Shown here piece by piece: positions 8,515 through 20,351 of a stretch of 23,295 nt of DNA. Numbering within the stretch: position 1 is the first letter of the stretch; every line of letters starts with the position of its first letter. A model generated the notes under the pieces. The model saw nothing but the letters and a program-made list of their open reading frames with translations, was not told the origin of the DNA and did not search any database. The translations under genes and the position numbers were made by a program. The DNA lies in assembly GCF_006345805.1 (NCBI RefSeq), contig NW_021836647.1:1-23295 (forward strand). Reading direction: 5' to 3'. The stretch comes from Octopus sinensis. Lineage: Eukaryota.

Positions 8515-10633
8515 CCCATTGAAAAAAAAGGGTGCCGCCGAGGCTCTTACGGATGCAAAGATCAACTGCTAATCAATCGTATGATCCTTGAGAACTGTCA
8601 CAACAAGCGCAGAAATCTCAGCACCGCATGGATTGACTATAAAAAGGCCTTCGACAGTATACCGCATCCATGGATCTTGAGATCGCTGGACATCTTCAAA
8701 ATTTCTCCTGTGATTTCAAACTTCCTGAAGCACAATATGTCGTTGTGGAATACGAATCTCCAATTATACCACTCTAATGGAGTACTTGCCTCAGAAAATA
8801 TAAACATCAACTGTGGAATTTTTCAAGGTGACTCACTTTCACCTTTAATATTCTGCATAGCCCTAATACCCCTTACAAGTGAATTAAACAGAACAGGGTA
8901 TGGGTATAAAATTGCCAATAAAAAAATAAGCCATCTATTTTATATGGATGACTTAAAACTTTATGGTAAAGACAATAATGAACTTGAAGGCCTATTGCGC
9001 ACTGTGAAAGCATTCAGCGATGACATCGGGATGGAATTTGGACTTGAGAAGTGTGCCGAGGCCACTTTCCAGAAAGGGAAAGTGAAGATCACAAATTCAG
9101 TCGTGTTAGATGTTGACACAGTCATAAGAGAGCTTGAGCAAGAACAAACATACAAATATTTAGGGATAAATGAAGGCTCTGGTATTCAGCATGCAAGCAT
9201 GAAAGAGAAGATCAGGAAGGAATGTTATAGGAGAGTTCGTGCAGTCCTGAAATCTGAACTAAATGCACGTAACAAGGTGTTAGCTATAAATTCCTTAGCA
9301 GTTCCAGTTGTTACTTATAGCTACAATGTGTTGAACTGGAATATGAGTGAAGTAAAAAATATAGATAGGAAAATACGCAAGCTGCTGAGTTGTAATAGGA
9401 TGCACCACCCAAAGGCAGACGTAGATCGCCTTTACCTTCCCAGAGCCCAAGGAGGTCGAGGCCTGATCCAATTTGAACTAGCTTACAAAACAACCACAAT
9501 TGGACTGGCCAAATATCTCGAAATATCGAATGACTGAATGCTAAAGCTCGTGGAAAATCACGAGAGACGAAAGAAGCTTCATTCTATCATAAAGGAAAGC
9601 AAAACATTTGCTATTGATCTCGTGCAGGATACCCAAACAGAACAACCCGAGGGAAGTACGGCAATTATTGTTCCAAAGAAGGTGAAAATAATGGCAACGA
9701 AAAAAGCGCACGAGCAATTGGCAAATATGTGACCCGCAGCAAACAAGCAGATGTTGACCAGAAGCAAACCCATCAGTGGCTACGGAGCTCAGGGCTAAAA
9801 GCAGAGAGCGAAGGTTTCATCCTGGCTGCTCAAGATCAAAGCCTATTAACCCGGAACTACCAGGCCAATGTGATGAAAAATGGAGCAGACCCAAAATGCC
9901 GATTCTGCAACGACATGATTGAAACAGTGGACCACCTAATCTCTGGATGTAAAGTCTTAGCTCCAGTGGAGTATAAATTAAGACATGACAGAGTTGGCCA
10001 ATATCTACACTGGCTAATAAGTCGGCATTACAATATCAAAACTGCCGACAAGTGGTATAATCACCACCCTGAGGCTGTAACTGAAGGAGAAAATGTAACC
10101 ATTCTGTGGGACTTTCCAGTACATACAGACCGAACCATCAAGGCCAATAAACCAGATATTGTTGTGAAAGACCAAAACAATAAAGTTTGCTTATTGATCG
10201 ACATGAGCATCCCTGTGATCATAATATCTCAGCGACAGAGTTTGACAAGCTCAGAAAATATAAGACCTACTCATTGAAGTTGAGAAAATGTGGCATCTCA
10301 AGGCGGTTACAATACCAGTGATCGTAGGAGCACTAGGAATGATCAAGAAGGGAACCGAAAATTATATGAGAATGATCCCTGGCTTACCATCCTGCAAGAA
10401 GTGCAAAAGATTGTCTTAACTGGTATATCACACGTATTGAGAAGAGCATTGTCGATGTGAGAACTGTTGCTGCTCATGTATTTTAATTTAAATAAAAAAA
10501 AAAAATTAAAAAATGAAGGAACTATTGAGTTTGGTTTAATGGCCTACCAATGTATACTGTGAGTTTCTTTGCCCTAGGAGTCGGGAAGACACTCGGCAAG
10601 AAATGGAAGCAAATTTGAAAGAAGAAAAAAAAA
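8515..10633 (+). mobile_element. 5'-truncated Dong/R4-like RLE-type LINE (RT, CCHC knuckle, restriction-like endonuclease), inactivated
   Basis: KGCRRGSYGCKDQLLIN, WIDYKKAFDS, GIFQGDSLSP, HLFYMDDLKLY, CRFC...HLISGC, RHDRV and KPDIVV...IDMSIP. In-frame TGA at 9535, frameshifts near 9730 and 10215, final stop at 10458-10460. (AAT)n on both flanks. Confidence 0.9.
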
Positions 10634-10720
10634 ATAATAATAATATTAATAATAATATTATTAATAACAATATTAATAATAATATTAATAAAAATAAAAA
10701 TAAAAATAATAATAATAATA

Positions 10721-10776
<56 letters not shown>

Positions 10777-10825
10777 TAATAAAAAATAAAAATAATAATA
10801 TAAATAATAGTAATAATAATAGTAT
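10634..10825. repeat. (AAT)n microsatellite, end of unit 1
   Basis: Directly visible. Continuous with 8380-8514 if the LINE is removed. Confidence 0.93.
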
Positions 10826-11861
10826 TTCAATCCGAATCAAGGATTTATTTCAAAAAGCTTTACTCCTTTTTGTACTCGATGACCACACCACTTTCGATGG
10901 CATTGAGTATAAATTATCTAGTGCATAATTAAAAATTTAAAGCTATCGATATATTGCCAAGTTAAAGTAAAATCGTTTCGCTCAACGTGCATCCAAACGC
11001 AGTCGACTTCTTTCAAGCGGTTTATTTACTAAGATCGATGGATAGAAACAGTTGCTGTTGAAAACATAGCAAAGCTAAGGTTAAATCTGATAATTTACTT
11101 ACCTTCTGAAGAGCAAAGCATTCTGGAGAGAAAGACAAACGAATATAAGACCTGGAATTTAAGAACTTATTTAACGAACAGTGAAATTACCTGGTGACGA
11201 CTTCTGGAGTAAGAGGCAAAGAAAGTTCAAGTTGGCCATCGATTTTATAAGAGTGGAAGAACTCGGGAGGGACTGCTTTAAAGACATTGTCTTTACGAAA
11301 TCAATGCAAAAAGAAATCAACTGTGAAATATCCTGAATTTATTCTTAAATTATCAGAACGGAGAGAATAGGAATAAATAAAAGTAAGCTTGTTTATCGAG
11401 ACTAGGAAAAGGGAACATTAAAAGGCAGAAGCTTATTGTTTGCAGTGGGACACGTCTTGTTGGTCGATTTTGCAACTAAAAGTAAAGTGTACTTAACGAA
11501 CTCTGTAATAGTCATGAATCTTAAAGTAAGTGAATTAATAATATTAAGAATGAAAAGAGAGATAATTACTGAAATTGTTTTATAATTCTATGATATAAAA
11601 TTTGTAGCTCACTTGTGCTTTTATTATACTCGGTTTACCATTTTCATTTTCCACTTCCGATTAGAATGGAAAAGACGGAGATGGATTTGTAGAAATCATG
11701 GATCGACTGATCAACTATCCTTTCTACTCTGTCTTGAAACTTAACGTTCTGATTTCGAATTTTGCTGTAATTTATGAATTAATGCAGATAGACAGATTTA
11801 AAAAAAAAAGAAATAGATGAAAAAAGGGTAATAAGTGTTAGGATAGTGATTAGCTAGCTTT
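10826..11861 (+). repeat. Block A copy 2 (complete, ~1.04 kb)
   Basis: Starts TTCAATCC, ends GATAGTGATTAGCTAGCTTT. Colinear with copies 3 and 4. Confidence 0.95.
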
Positions 11862-11904
11862 CGTGTGTGTATGCATGTGTGTACATGTGTGTGTGTGTAT
11901 TTAT

Positions 11905-12019
<115 letters not shown>

Positions 12020-12171
12020 GGTGTAGGTGGTTTGTGTGTTACTTCCTAATTACATGGATCCGGGTTCGGCCCCACAGCGTGTCACCTTGCGAAAGTGCCT
12101 CTTCTGCAGCCTCGGGTTGGTCAAAGCCCCAAAACCTGAAAGTAGATTCGGAACTAGAAGGACCCGCGTAC
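12020..12171 (+). mobile_element. Derived SINE head, unit 2
   Basis: Aligns with the other unit heads and with the 5' part of the SINE at 20352. Confidence 0.85.
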
Positions 12172-12531
12172 ATCTATCTAACTATCTGTCTATCTATCTA
12201 TCAATCTATCTATTATCTACCTGTATATATGTATATATGTATATATATGTATACACACATATATATCTGTATATACATATATATATACACATATCCATAT
12301 ATATAAATATATACATATATGTATATCATATGTATGTATACATATGTATATATACATATATATATATACATATATATACTTAAATGTATTTATATGAAGA
12401 TATATATACTTATGTGTATATATAGTTATAGATATATGTATGTATGTATGTATGTATGTATATATATGTATATGCATATATATGTATATGTATATATATG
12501 TATGTATATATGACTATGTATATATACAAGG

Positions 12532-12564
<33 letters not shown>

Positions 12565-12589
12565 ATATATGTATATATACATGTATATG

Positions 12590-12623
<34 letters not shown>

Positions 12624-12890
12624 TGTGTGTATGGATACAAAAATTATTTTATTATGTTATTATTATAATAATTATTATTATTATAGAAATAATAATAATA
12701 ATAATAATAATGGTAATAATAATAATGGTAATAATAATAAGTAATATTAATAATAATAATCATATAGTAATAATAATATAAAAATAATAATAATAATAAT
12801 TATAATAATGATAATAGTAATAATAATAATAATATTAATAATATAATAATAATAATAGTATTAATAATAATAATAATAATAGTAATAATA

Positions 12891-12943
<53 letters not shown>

Positions 12944-12945
12944 TG

Positions 12946-13003
<58 letters not shown>

Positions 13004-13030
13004 TAATAATAATATTATTAATATTATTAT
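12172..13030. repeat. Unit 2 compound microsatellite: (TCTA)n, degenerate (TA)/(TATG)n, (TAT)n-(AAT)n
   Basis: Directly visible. Interruptions such as TACAAGGATATAT and TATAGTTATAGATATATG recur in other units. Confidence 0.93.
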
Positions 13031-14090
13031 TTCAATCCTAATCAAGGCTTTATTTCATCAAAAGTTTAACTCCTTTCTTTATATTCGATGACCACACCAC
13101 TTTCGATGGCATTAAGTATAATTTATCTAGTGCATAATGAAAAATTTAAAGCTATCGATATATTGCCAAGTTAAAGTAAAATCATTTCGCTCAACGTGCA
13201 TCCAAACGCAGTCGACTTCTTTCAAGCGGTTTATTTACTAAGATCGATGGATAGAAACAGTTGCTGTTGAGAACATAGCAAAGCTAAGGTTAAATCTGAT
13301 AATTTACTTCCCTTCTGAAGAGCAAAGCATTCTGAAGAGCAAAGCATTCTGGAGAGAAAGACAAACGAATATAAGACCTGGAATTTAAGAATTTATTTAA
13401 CGGAAAGTGAAATTGCCTGGCGACGACTTCTGGAGTAAGAGGCAAAGAAAGTTCAAGTTGGCCATCGATTTTATAAGAGTGAAAGAACTCGGGAGAGATT
13501 GCTTTGAAGACCTTGTCTTTACGAAATCAATGCAAAAAGAAATCAAATGTGAAATATCCTGAATTTATTCTTAAATTATCATAACGAAGAGAATAGAAAT
13601 AAATGAAAGAAAGCTTGTTTATCGAGACTAGGAAAAGGGAACATTAAAAGGCAGAAGCTTATTGTTTGTAGTGGGACACGTCTTGTTGGTCGAATTTGCA
13701 ACTAAAAGTAAAGTTTACTTAACGATCTCTGTAAATGTCATGAATCTTAAAGGTAAGTGAATTAATAATATTAAGAATGAAATGAGAGATAATTACTGAA
13801 ATTGTTTTTATAATCCTATAATATAAAATACTGTAGCTCACTTGTGCTTTTATTATACTCGGTTTACCATTTTCATTTTCCACTTCCGATGAGAATGGAG
13901 AGGACGGAGATGGATTTGTAGAAATCATGGATCGATTGATCAACTATCCTTTCTACACTATCTTGAAACTTAACGTTCTGATTTCGATTTTTTCTGTGAT
14001 TTAGAATTTCATGCAGATAGACAGATTTAAAATAAAGAAATACATATGAAAAAAGGGTAATAAGTGTTAGGATAGTGATTAGCTAGCTTT
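13031..14090 (+). repeat. Block A copy 3
   Basis: Starts 2205 bp after copy 2. Carries a 17-bp tandem duplication at 13313-13346. Confidence 0.95.
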
Positions 14091-14131
14091 TATGTCTGTA
14101 TGCGTGTGTGTACATGTGTGTGTGTATTTAT

Positions 14132-14174
<43 letters not shown>

Positions 14175-14177
<3 letters not shown>

Positions 14178-14326
14178 GTAGGTGGTTTGTGTGTTACTTC
14201 CTAATTACATGGATCCGGGTTCGGCCCCACAGCGTGTCACCTTGCGAAAGTGCCTCTTCTACAGTCTCGGGTTGGTCAAAGCCCCAAAACCTGAAAGTAT
14301 ATTTGGAACTAGAAGGACCCGCGTAC
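14175..14326 (+). mobile_element. Derived SINE head, unit 3
   Basis: Near-identical to 12020-12171. Confidence 0.85.
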
Positions 14327-14473
14327 ATCTATCTATCTATCTCTCTGTCTCTCTATCAATCTATCTATCTATCTACCTGTATATATGTATATATATGTAT
14401 ATATATATGTATACACACATCTATATCTGTATATACATATATAAATACGCACATCCATATATATAAATATATA

Positions 14474-16587
14474 AAACTTAGACTTAGATATGTTTCGACC
14501 AGAGATTGGTCCAGGCCATGTCTAACTTAATAGCACCACCTGATAGGATTATTCGAATCCTGTTTAAGTCAAGTTTTGTTCAAGTAGTGAGTTCTTGTTG
14601 GGTGAGTTGTATCCAGTTTTGTTCAAGTAGTGAGTTCTTGTTGGGTGAGTTGTATCCAATTATGGGTGGCTTATCTGGTATTCTTTGAAGGAATCTATCC
14701 AGACTCTGTTGGAAGTTGTTGGGATCCTTTTCCTCTTTGATCTCCCTCGGGACAATGTTAAATAGGGCAGGGCCTGTTGAGGAAAAGAAATTATGTTGCA
14801 GTGTACATGTATGTTGTGATCTTGAATTTGGCAGGGGACGTATAGCCCGTGGTCCAAGTCTCGGATGAACCTTGAAGCTAATGTTTAGGTCGTTTGGGCA
14901 AAGTTGGCGGTATATTTTCCACATCGTACAAATGATGTACCGCTCACGGCGACGCTGGAGCGAGTAAAGTTTCAAGGCTTTAAGACGATCCCAATAGTCG
15001 AGAGCAGCCATGCCTTCAATTTGTTTAGTGAGAGCCCTCTGGGGTGACTCAATTCTGGAGATGTTTGTTTTGTCTTGTGTGAGGAGACCACAGTGGGCAG
15101 CAGTATTCAAGGGTGGGCCGTACAAAGGATGAAAAAAGTGGTATGATGACACCTTATTCTCTGGACCGGGAAGTTCTTAAGATCCAGGAACTCATCCTAC
15201 GAGCTGTATCGACCTTCTTGTTGATGTGTGCACTCCAACTGAGATCGTCATCAACAATTACACCCAGGTCTCTGATATTGTTAGAGGCTGTGAGCGGTTC
15301 CCCTGAAGGAAGAGAGTATGGTTGTTTTAGTGAGGAATTTCTTCCAAAATGCATCAGCTCAAATTTTCCCTCATTCAGTTGCATTTTGTTTCTGTCTGCC
15401 CATTGACTCACAGCATATAGGTCAGACTGGAGTTGAGTTCGGTCTGCTTCTTCATTGACGATTTGCTGGAGCTTAGTGTCATCAGCGAATATTTTCACTT
15501 TGCAGTGATGTACGACACTGGAAAGGTCGTTTACATAAATTATGAAGAGTAGCGGACCCAAAACAGTTCCCTGGGGAACACCGCTGGTGACTTTTGCTGG
15601 GTTGAGTGGACTCCATCAACTACAACATGTTGTGTTCTATTCGCTAGGAAATACTGAATCCAGTGTAGAACTTTTCCACGGATTCCAACATTTGCCAATT
15701 TTGAGAGTAGGATGTTATGGTCTACCCTGTCGAACGCTTTACTGAAGTCAAGGTATATGACGTCAGAGTTCGAACCTGTTCCCAAGGCTTTGAGTACATC
15801 TTCAATGTGGTGTAAGAGCTGTGTTAGACAGTCCCTGCCACAGCGAAAGCCATGCTGATTTGAATTTAGGAGTTTGTGGGTCTCCAGGAAGTCAGCTATC
15901 CTTGATCTTAACACTCTTTCAAACACTTTAATGATGTGGGAGGTGAGTGAGATTGGGCGATAGTTGACTGCGAGGGATCTGTTTCCCTGTTTGAAAACCG
16001 GGATGACCGACTGGGATAGAAACTTTTTCGGTATATAACCTGCGTCTAACGAGTTTCTCCAGAGGTTGGTCAGAGGGACTGCAAGTTGATATCTACATTC
16101 CTTCAGGAGACTGGCGGGAAATCTATCAGGGCCTACAGTAGAGTAATGTTTGACCTCATTTATTGCTGCTACGATGTCGGTGGCAGTGAAGGTTATGTCT
16201 GCGATTTTGTGTTGGGAGTCAGCTTCGTTCGTTTCCCTCACATTAATATCAGTGGGAACACTGAAGACAGAGCAATATTGTTTCTGCAGTATTTCTGCCA
16301 TTTCTTTAGCATCGTGTTGGGGAATGCCGTTTTCATCAATCAATGGCCCAATAGGTGAGACAGTGGTTCTATGCTTATTTGCATAAGAATAGAACACTTT
16401 TGGGTTCTGTTTGATGTTTTTGATTACCCATTGTTCCTCCACAGCTCTTGATTTTCAATGGAGGTTTCATGTTAGTCTGCAGATGAAGTTTCCAGCTCTA
16501 GTCTTTTCATTGTTGTTGAATGTGGATGTTGCGTGTGGGAATATTTTAATTGGTTGATTTTTTTGTTGAGTCTATTGATGCGCCTGA
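14474..16587 (-). mobile_element. 5'-truncated CR1-clade LINE (RT plus C-terminus) inserted in unit 3
   Basis: ORFs 15540..16442, 15154..15561 and 14580..15152 give NYRPISLTS, HGFRCGRDCLTQL, YLDFSKAFD, FADDTK and SLQRRRERY. Two frameshifts. (CTAAGT)n tail at 14474-14490. Confidence 0.93.
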
Positions 16588-16840
16588 TATATGTATGTAT
16601 ACATATATATATACACATATATATACTTAAATGTATATATATATGTAGATATATATATACTAATATGTATATATAGTTATAGATATATGTATGTATGTAT
16701 ATATATGTATATGCATATATATGTATATGTATATATATGTATGTATATATGACTATGTATATATACAAGTATATATATATATATATATGTGTATATATAC
16801 ATGTATATATATATATGTATATATATGTGTGTATAAATAT

Positions 16841-16881
<41 letters not shown>

Positions 16882-17161
16882 GAAATAATAATAATAATAA
16901 TAATAATAATATAATAATAATAATAGTAATAATGATAATAATAATAATATTGATAATAATAATAATAATAATATTAATAATAATACTAATCATAATATTA
17001 ATAGTAATAATAATAATATTAATAATAATGATAATAATAATAATAATTATAATAATAATAATAATAATAGTAATAATAATAATATTAATAATATTAATGA
17101 TAATAATATTAATAATAATAATATTAATAATAATAATAATAGTAATAATAATAATAATCAT

Positions 17162-17205
<44 letters not shown>

Positions 17206-17215
17206 TAATAATGAT

Positions 17216-17271
<56 letters not shown>
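16588..17271. repeat. Remainder of the unit 3 compound microsatellite
   Basis: Resumes the unit 2 pattern (TATGTATGTATACAT...ACTTAAATG) after the LINE. Confidence 0.9.
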
Positions 17272-17272
<1 letters not shown>

Positions 17273-18300
17273 TCAATCCTAATCAAGGCTTTATTTCATC
17301 AAAAGTTTAACTCCTTTCTTGTACTCGTTGACCACATCACTTTCGATGGCATTAAGTATAATTTATCTAGTGCATAATTAAAAACATAAAGCTGTCGATA
17401 TATTGCCAAGTTAAAATAAAATCGTTTCGCTCGCCATGCATCCAAATGCAGTCGACTTCTTTCAAGCGTATATTTGCTAAGATCGATGGATAGAAACAGT
17501 TGCTGTTGATAACCTAACAAAGCTACGGCTAAGACTGATAATTTACTTACCTTCTGAAGAGCAAAGCATGATGGAGAGAAAGAGAAACGAATATCAGAGC
17601 TGGGATTTCAGAACTTATTTAACGAAAAGTGAAATTACCTGTTGACGACTTCTGGAGTAACAGGGAAAGAAAGTTCAAGTTGGCCATCAATTTTTATAAG
17701 AGTGGAAGAACTCGGGAGTGATTGTTTTAAAGACATCGTCTTTTCGAAGCCAATGCCAAAAGAAATCAATTGTGAAATATCCTGAATTTATTAAAATATC
17801 AGAACGAAGAGAATAGGAATAAATAAAAGAAAGCTTGTTTATCGAGACTAGGAAAAGGGAATATTAAAAGGCAGAAGCTTATTGTTTGCAGTGGGACAAG
17901 TCTTGTTGGTCGATTTTGAAACTGAAATTAAAGTTTACTTAAGGAACTCTGTAATATTCATGAATTTTAAAGGTAAGTGAATTAATAATATTAAGAATGA
18001 AAAGAGAGATAATTACTGAAATTGTTTTTATTATTCTATGATGTAAAATATTGTAGCTGACTTGTGCTTTTATTATACTCGGTTTACCATTTTCATTTTC
18101 CACTTCCGATGAGAATGGAAAAGACGGAGATGGATTTGTAGAAGTCATGGATCGACTGATCAACTATCCTTTCTACACTGTCTTAAACTTCAACGTTCTT
18201 ATTTCGAATTTTGCTGTGACTTATGATTTAATGTAGATAGACAGATTTAGAATAAAGAAATAGATATGAAAGTAGATAATAAGTGTTTGGATAGTGATTA
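17272..18300 (+). repeat. Block A copy 4 (more diverged)
   Basis: Colinear with copies 2 and 3. Shares some variants with copy 1 (CAATTTTTATAAG, CCTGTTGACG). Confidence 0.95.
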
Positions 18301-18373
18301 GCAAACTGTTGTGTGTGCAAGCGTGTTTGTACATGTGTGTTTGTATTTATACGTATATAGTATAATTATATAT

Positions 18374-18513
18374 AAACTTAGACTTAGATAAACTTAGATG
18401 TGTTTCGACCAATGATTGGGCCAGGCCATGTCTAACTTAATAGCACTTCCTGATAGGATTATCTGAATCCTTTTGTTTACGTCAAGTTTTGCTTATGGTC
18501 CATTCAAGTAGTA
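18374..18513 (-). mobile_element. Short 3' tail fragment of the same CR1 family as 14474-16587
   Basis: CTTAGACTTAGAT...TTTCGACC...GGCCATGTCTAACTTAATAGCAC...TGATAGGATTAT matches 14474-14580. Confidence 0.85.
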
Positions 18514-18523
18514 GTTTTTATAA

Positions 18524-18581
<58 letters not shown>

Positions 18582-18613
18582 TAATATATATATATATATA
18601 TATAATATATATA

Positions 18614-18767
18614 GGGGTAGGTGGGACTGTGTGTTACTTCCTAATTACATGGATCTGGGTTCGGCCCTACAGCGTGTAGCCTTGCGAAAGGGCCTCTTTT
18701 TACAACCTCGGGGTTGTCAAAGCCCCAATACCTGTAAGAGTATTTGAAACTAGAAGGACCCGTCGTA
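18614..18767 (+). mobile_element. Derived SINE head, unit 4
   Basis: Aligns with the other unit heads. Confidence 0.82.
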
Positions 18768-18771
18768 TTTG

Positions 18772-18802
<31 letters not shown>

Positions 18803-19458
18803 AAATCTATCTATTTACCTATCTGTATGTATATATATATATGTATATATATGTATACAACATAGATATCAACATACATATAATATATATATATATATAC
18901 AAATACATATATATATAATATTTATATATATATGTCATACGTATGTATACATATGTATGTATATATACATAATATATATACATATATATACTTATATGTA
19001 TAAATATACATATATATAATTATATATGTATATAGTTAAAGATATGTATATGCATGTATACATATATATATGCATATATATGTATATGTATTATATGTAT
19101 GTATATGTATATATGAATATGTATATATACATATATATATATATATCTATATCTATATATCTGTATATATACATATAATATATATATATATATTATATAT
19201 AAGATTATATATATATATATTATATATGTATATATATATATATATGTGTGTATGCATATATATAAATTATTCTTATTATTTTATTATTATTATTATTATT
19301 ATATTATTATTATTATTATTGAAATAATAATAATAATAATAATGTAAAATAATATAAAAATCATAACAATGATAATAAAAATATTATAAATAATATTAAT
19401 AATAATAATAATAATAATATTAATAGTAATAATAATAATATTAATAATAATAATACTA

Positions 19459-19501
<43 letters not shown>

Positions 19502-19529
19502 TAATATTAATAAAAATATTAATAATAAT

Positions 19530-19560
<31 letters not shown>

Positions 19561-19590
19561 TTAATAATAATAACAATAATAATAATAATA
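18768..19590. repeat. Unit 4 compound microsatellite
   Basis: Directly visible. Confidence 0.92.
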
Positions 19591-19656
19591 GTTTGTTAGT
19601 CGGCACCTAACTGCATTGAAAAGTAGCCATCTCCTTGGTTTCGTAGATTTCGTAGA

Positions 19657-19858
19657 TTTCCACTTCCGATGAGAATGAAAAGGACAGAGATGGATTTGTA
19701 GAAATCATGGATCGACTGATCAACTATCCTTTCTACTCTGTCTTGAAACTCCGTTCTGATTTCGAATTTTGCCGTCTATTTAGGATTTAATGCAGATAGA
19801 CAATTTAAAATAAAGAAATACATGTGAAAATAGGGTAATAAATCTTAGGATAGTGATT
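19657..19858 (+). repeat. Partial block A copy (3' fifth) fused to block B
   Basis: Matches ~11647-11850 from TTTCCACTTCCGAT to GGATAGTGATT. Confidence 0.9.
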
Positions 19859-20039
19859 CCGAGTTGTTGGATATAAAATAAAAACACTGGGCCAAATATT
19901 TTCTTGTCTGGGGCCTGGAATTTCAATTAATTCCAAGTGATTTTGCCGGCCAAATTCAAACGCACCCCAGTTTTTTCTTTATCAGGTCTGGTTTTCTGAC
20001 TAGACCTGAGAGAGTATGTGTTTATTCATACAAGAGGCA

Positions 20040-20262
20040 TATAATATGAATCAATAAAGAGAGATTATTACTGAATTAATTTTATAATTCTATATATAAA
20101 ATACTATAGTTGACATACGCTTTTATTACATTCGGTTTACTATTATCATTTCTCATTTCCAAAAAGAATGGAAAGGACATGGATGGATTTGTAGAAATTA
20201 TGAATCGACTGATAAAATATCTTTAGTATTCAGCAATGGAACTTTACATTTTGACTTCGAAT
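20040..20262 (+). repeat. Old, diverged paralog of part of block A
   Basis: AGAGAGAT.ATTACTGAA, GCTTTTATTA.A.TCGGTTTAC and GATGGATTTGTAGAAAT.ATG.ATCGACTGAT align with ~11540-11760. Confidence 0.8.
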
Positions 20263-20351
20263 GATTCCTAGGTCAATAATTACGGTGCTGCTGATTAACA
20301 AATATAACTTTTGGTATTTCATTTAATAAAAATAATTATTAAACAATTATA

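Noticed and set aside
11075-11190. Ultra-short 28- and 39-nt GT-AG introns suggesting a gene transferred from a tiny-intron parasite such as a dicyemid
   Set aside because: Stronger acceptors give more ordinary 48- and 68-nt introns, and the resulting frames carry shared stops. There is no positive evidence for foreign origin.
13719-13943. Minus-strand ORFs in block A (also 17939-18163 and 17299-17520) and a possible stop-reassigned genetic code
   Set aside because: The frames are not preserved across copies. Several stops align with CGA, CAG or TGG in other copies, or are antisense to TTA/TCA/CTA, consistent with decay or antisense reading.
19595-19651. Helitron 3' end explaining the tandem array
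   Set aside because: Only a 5-bp hairpin, with no CTRR terminus at the expected distance and no Rep/helicase remnant.
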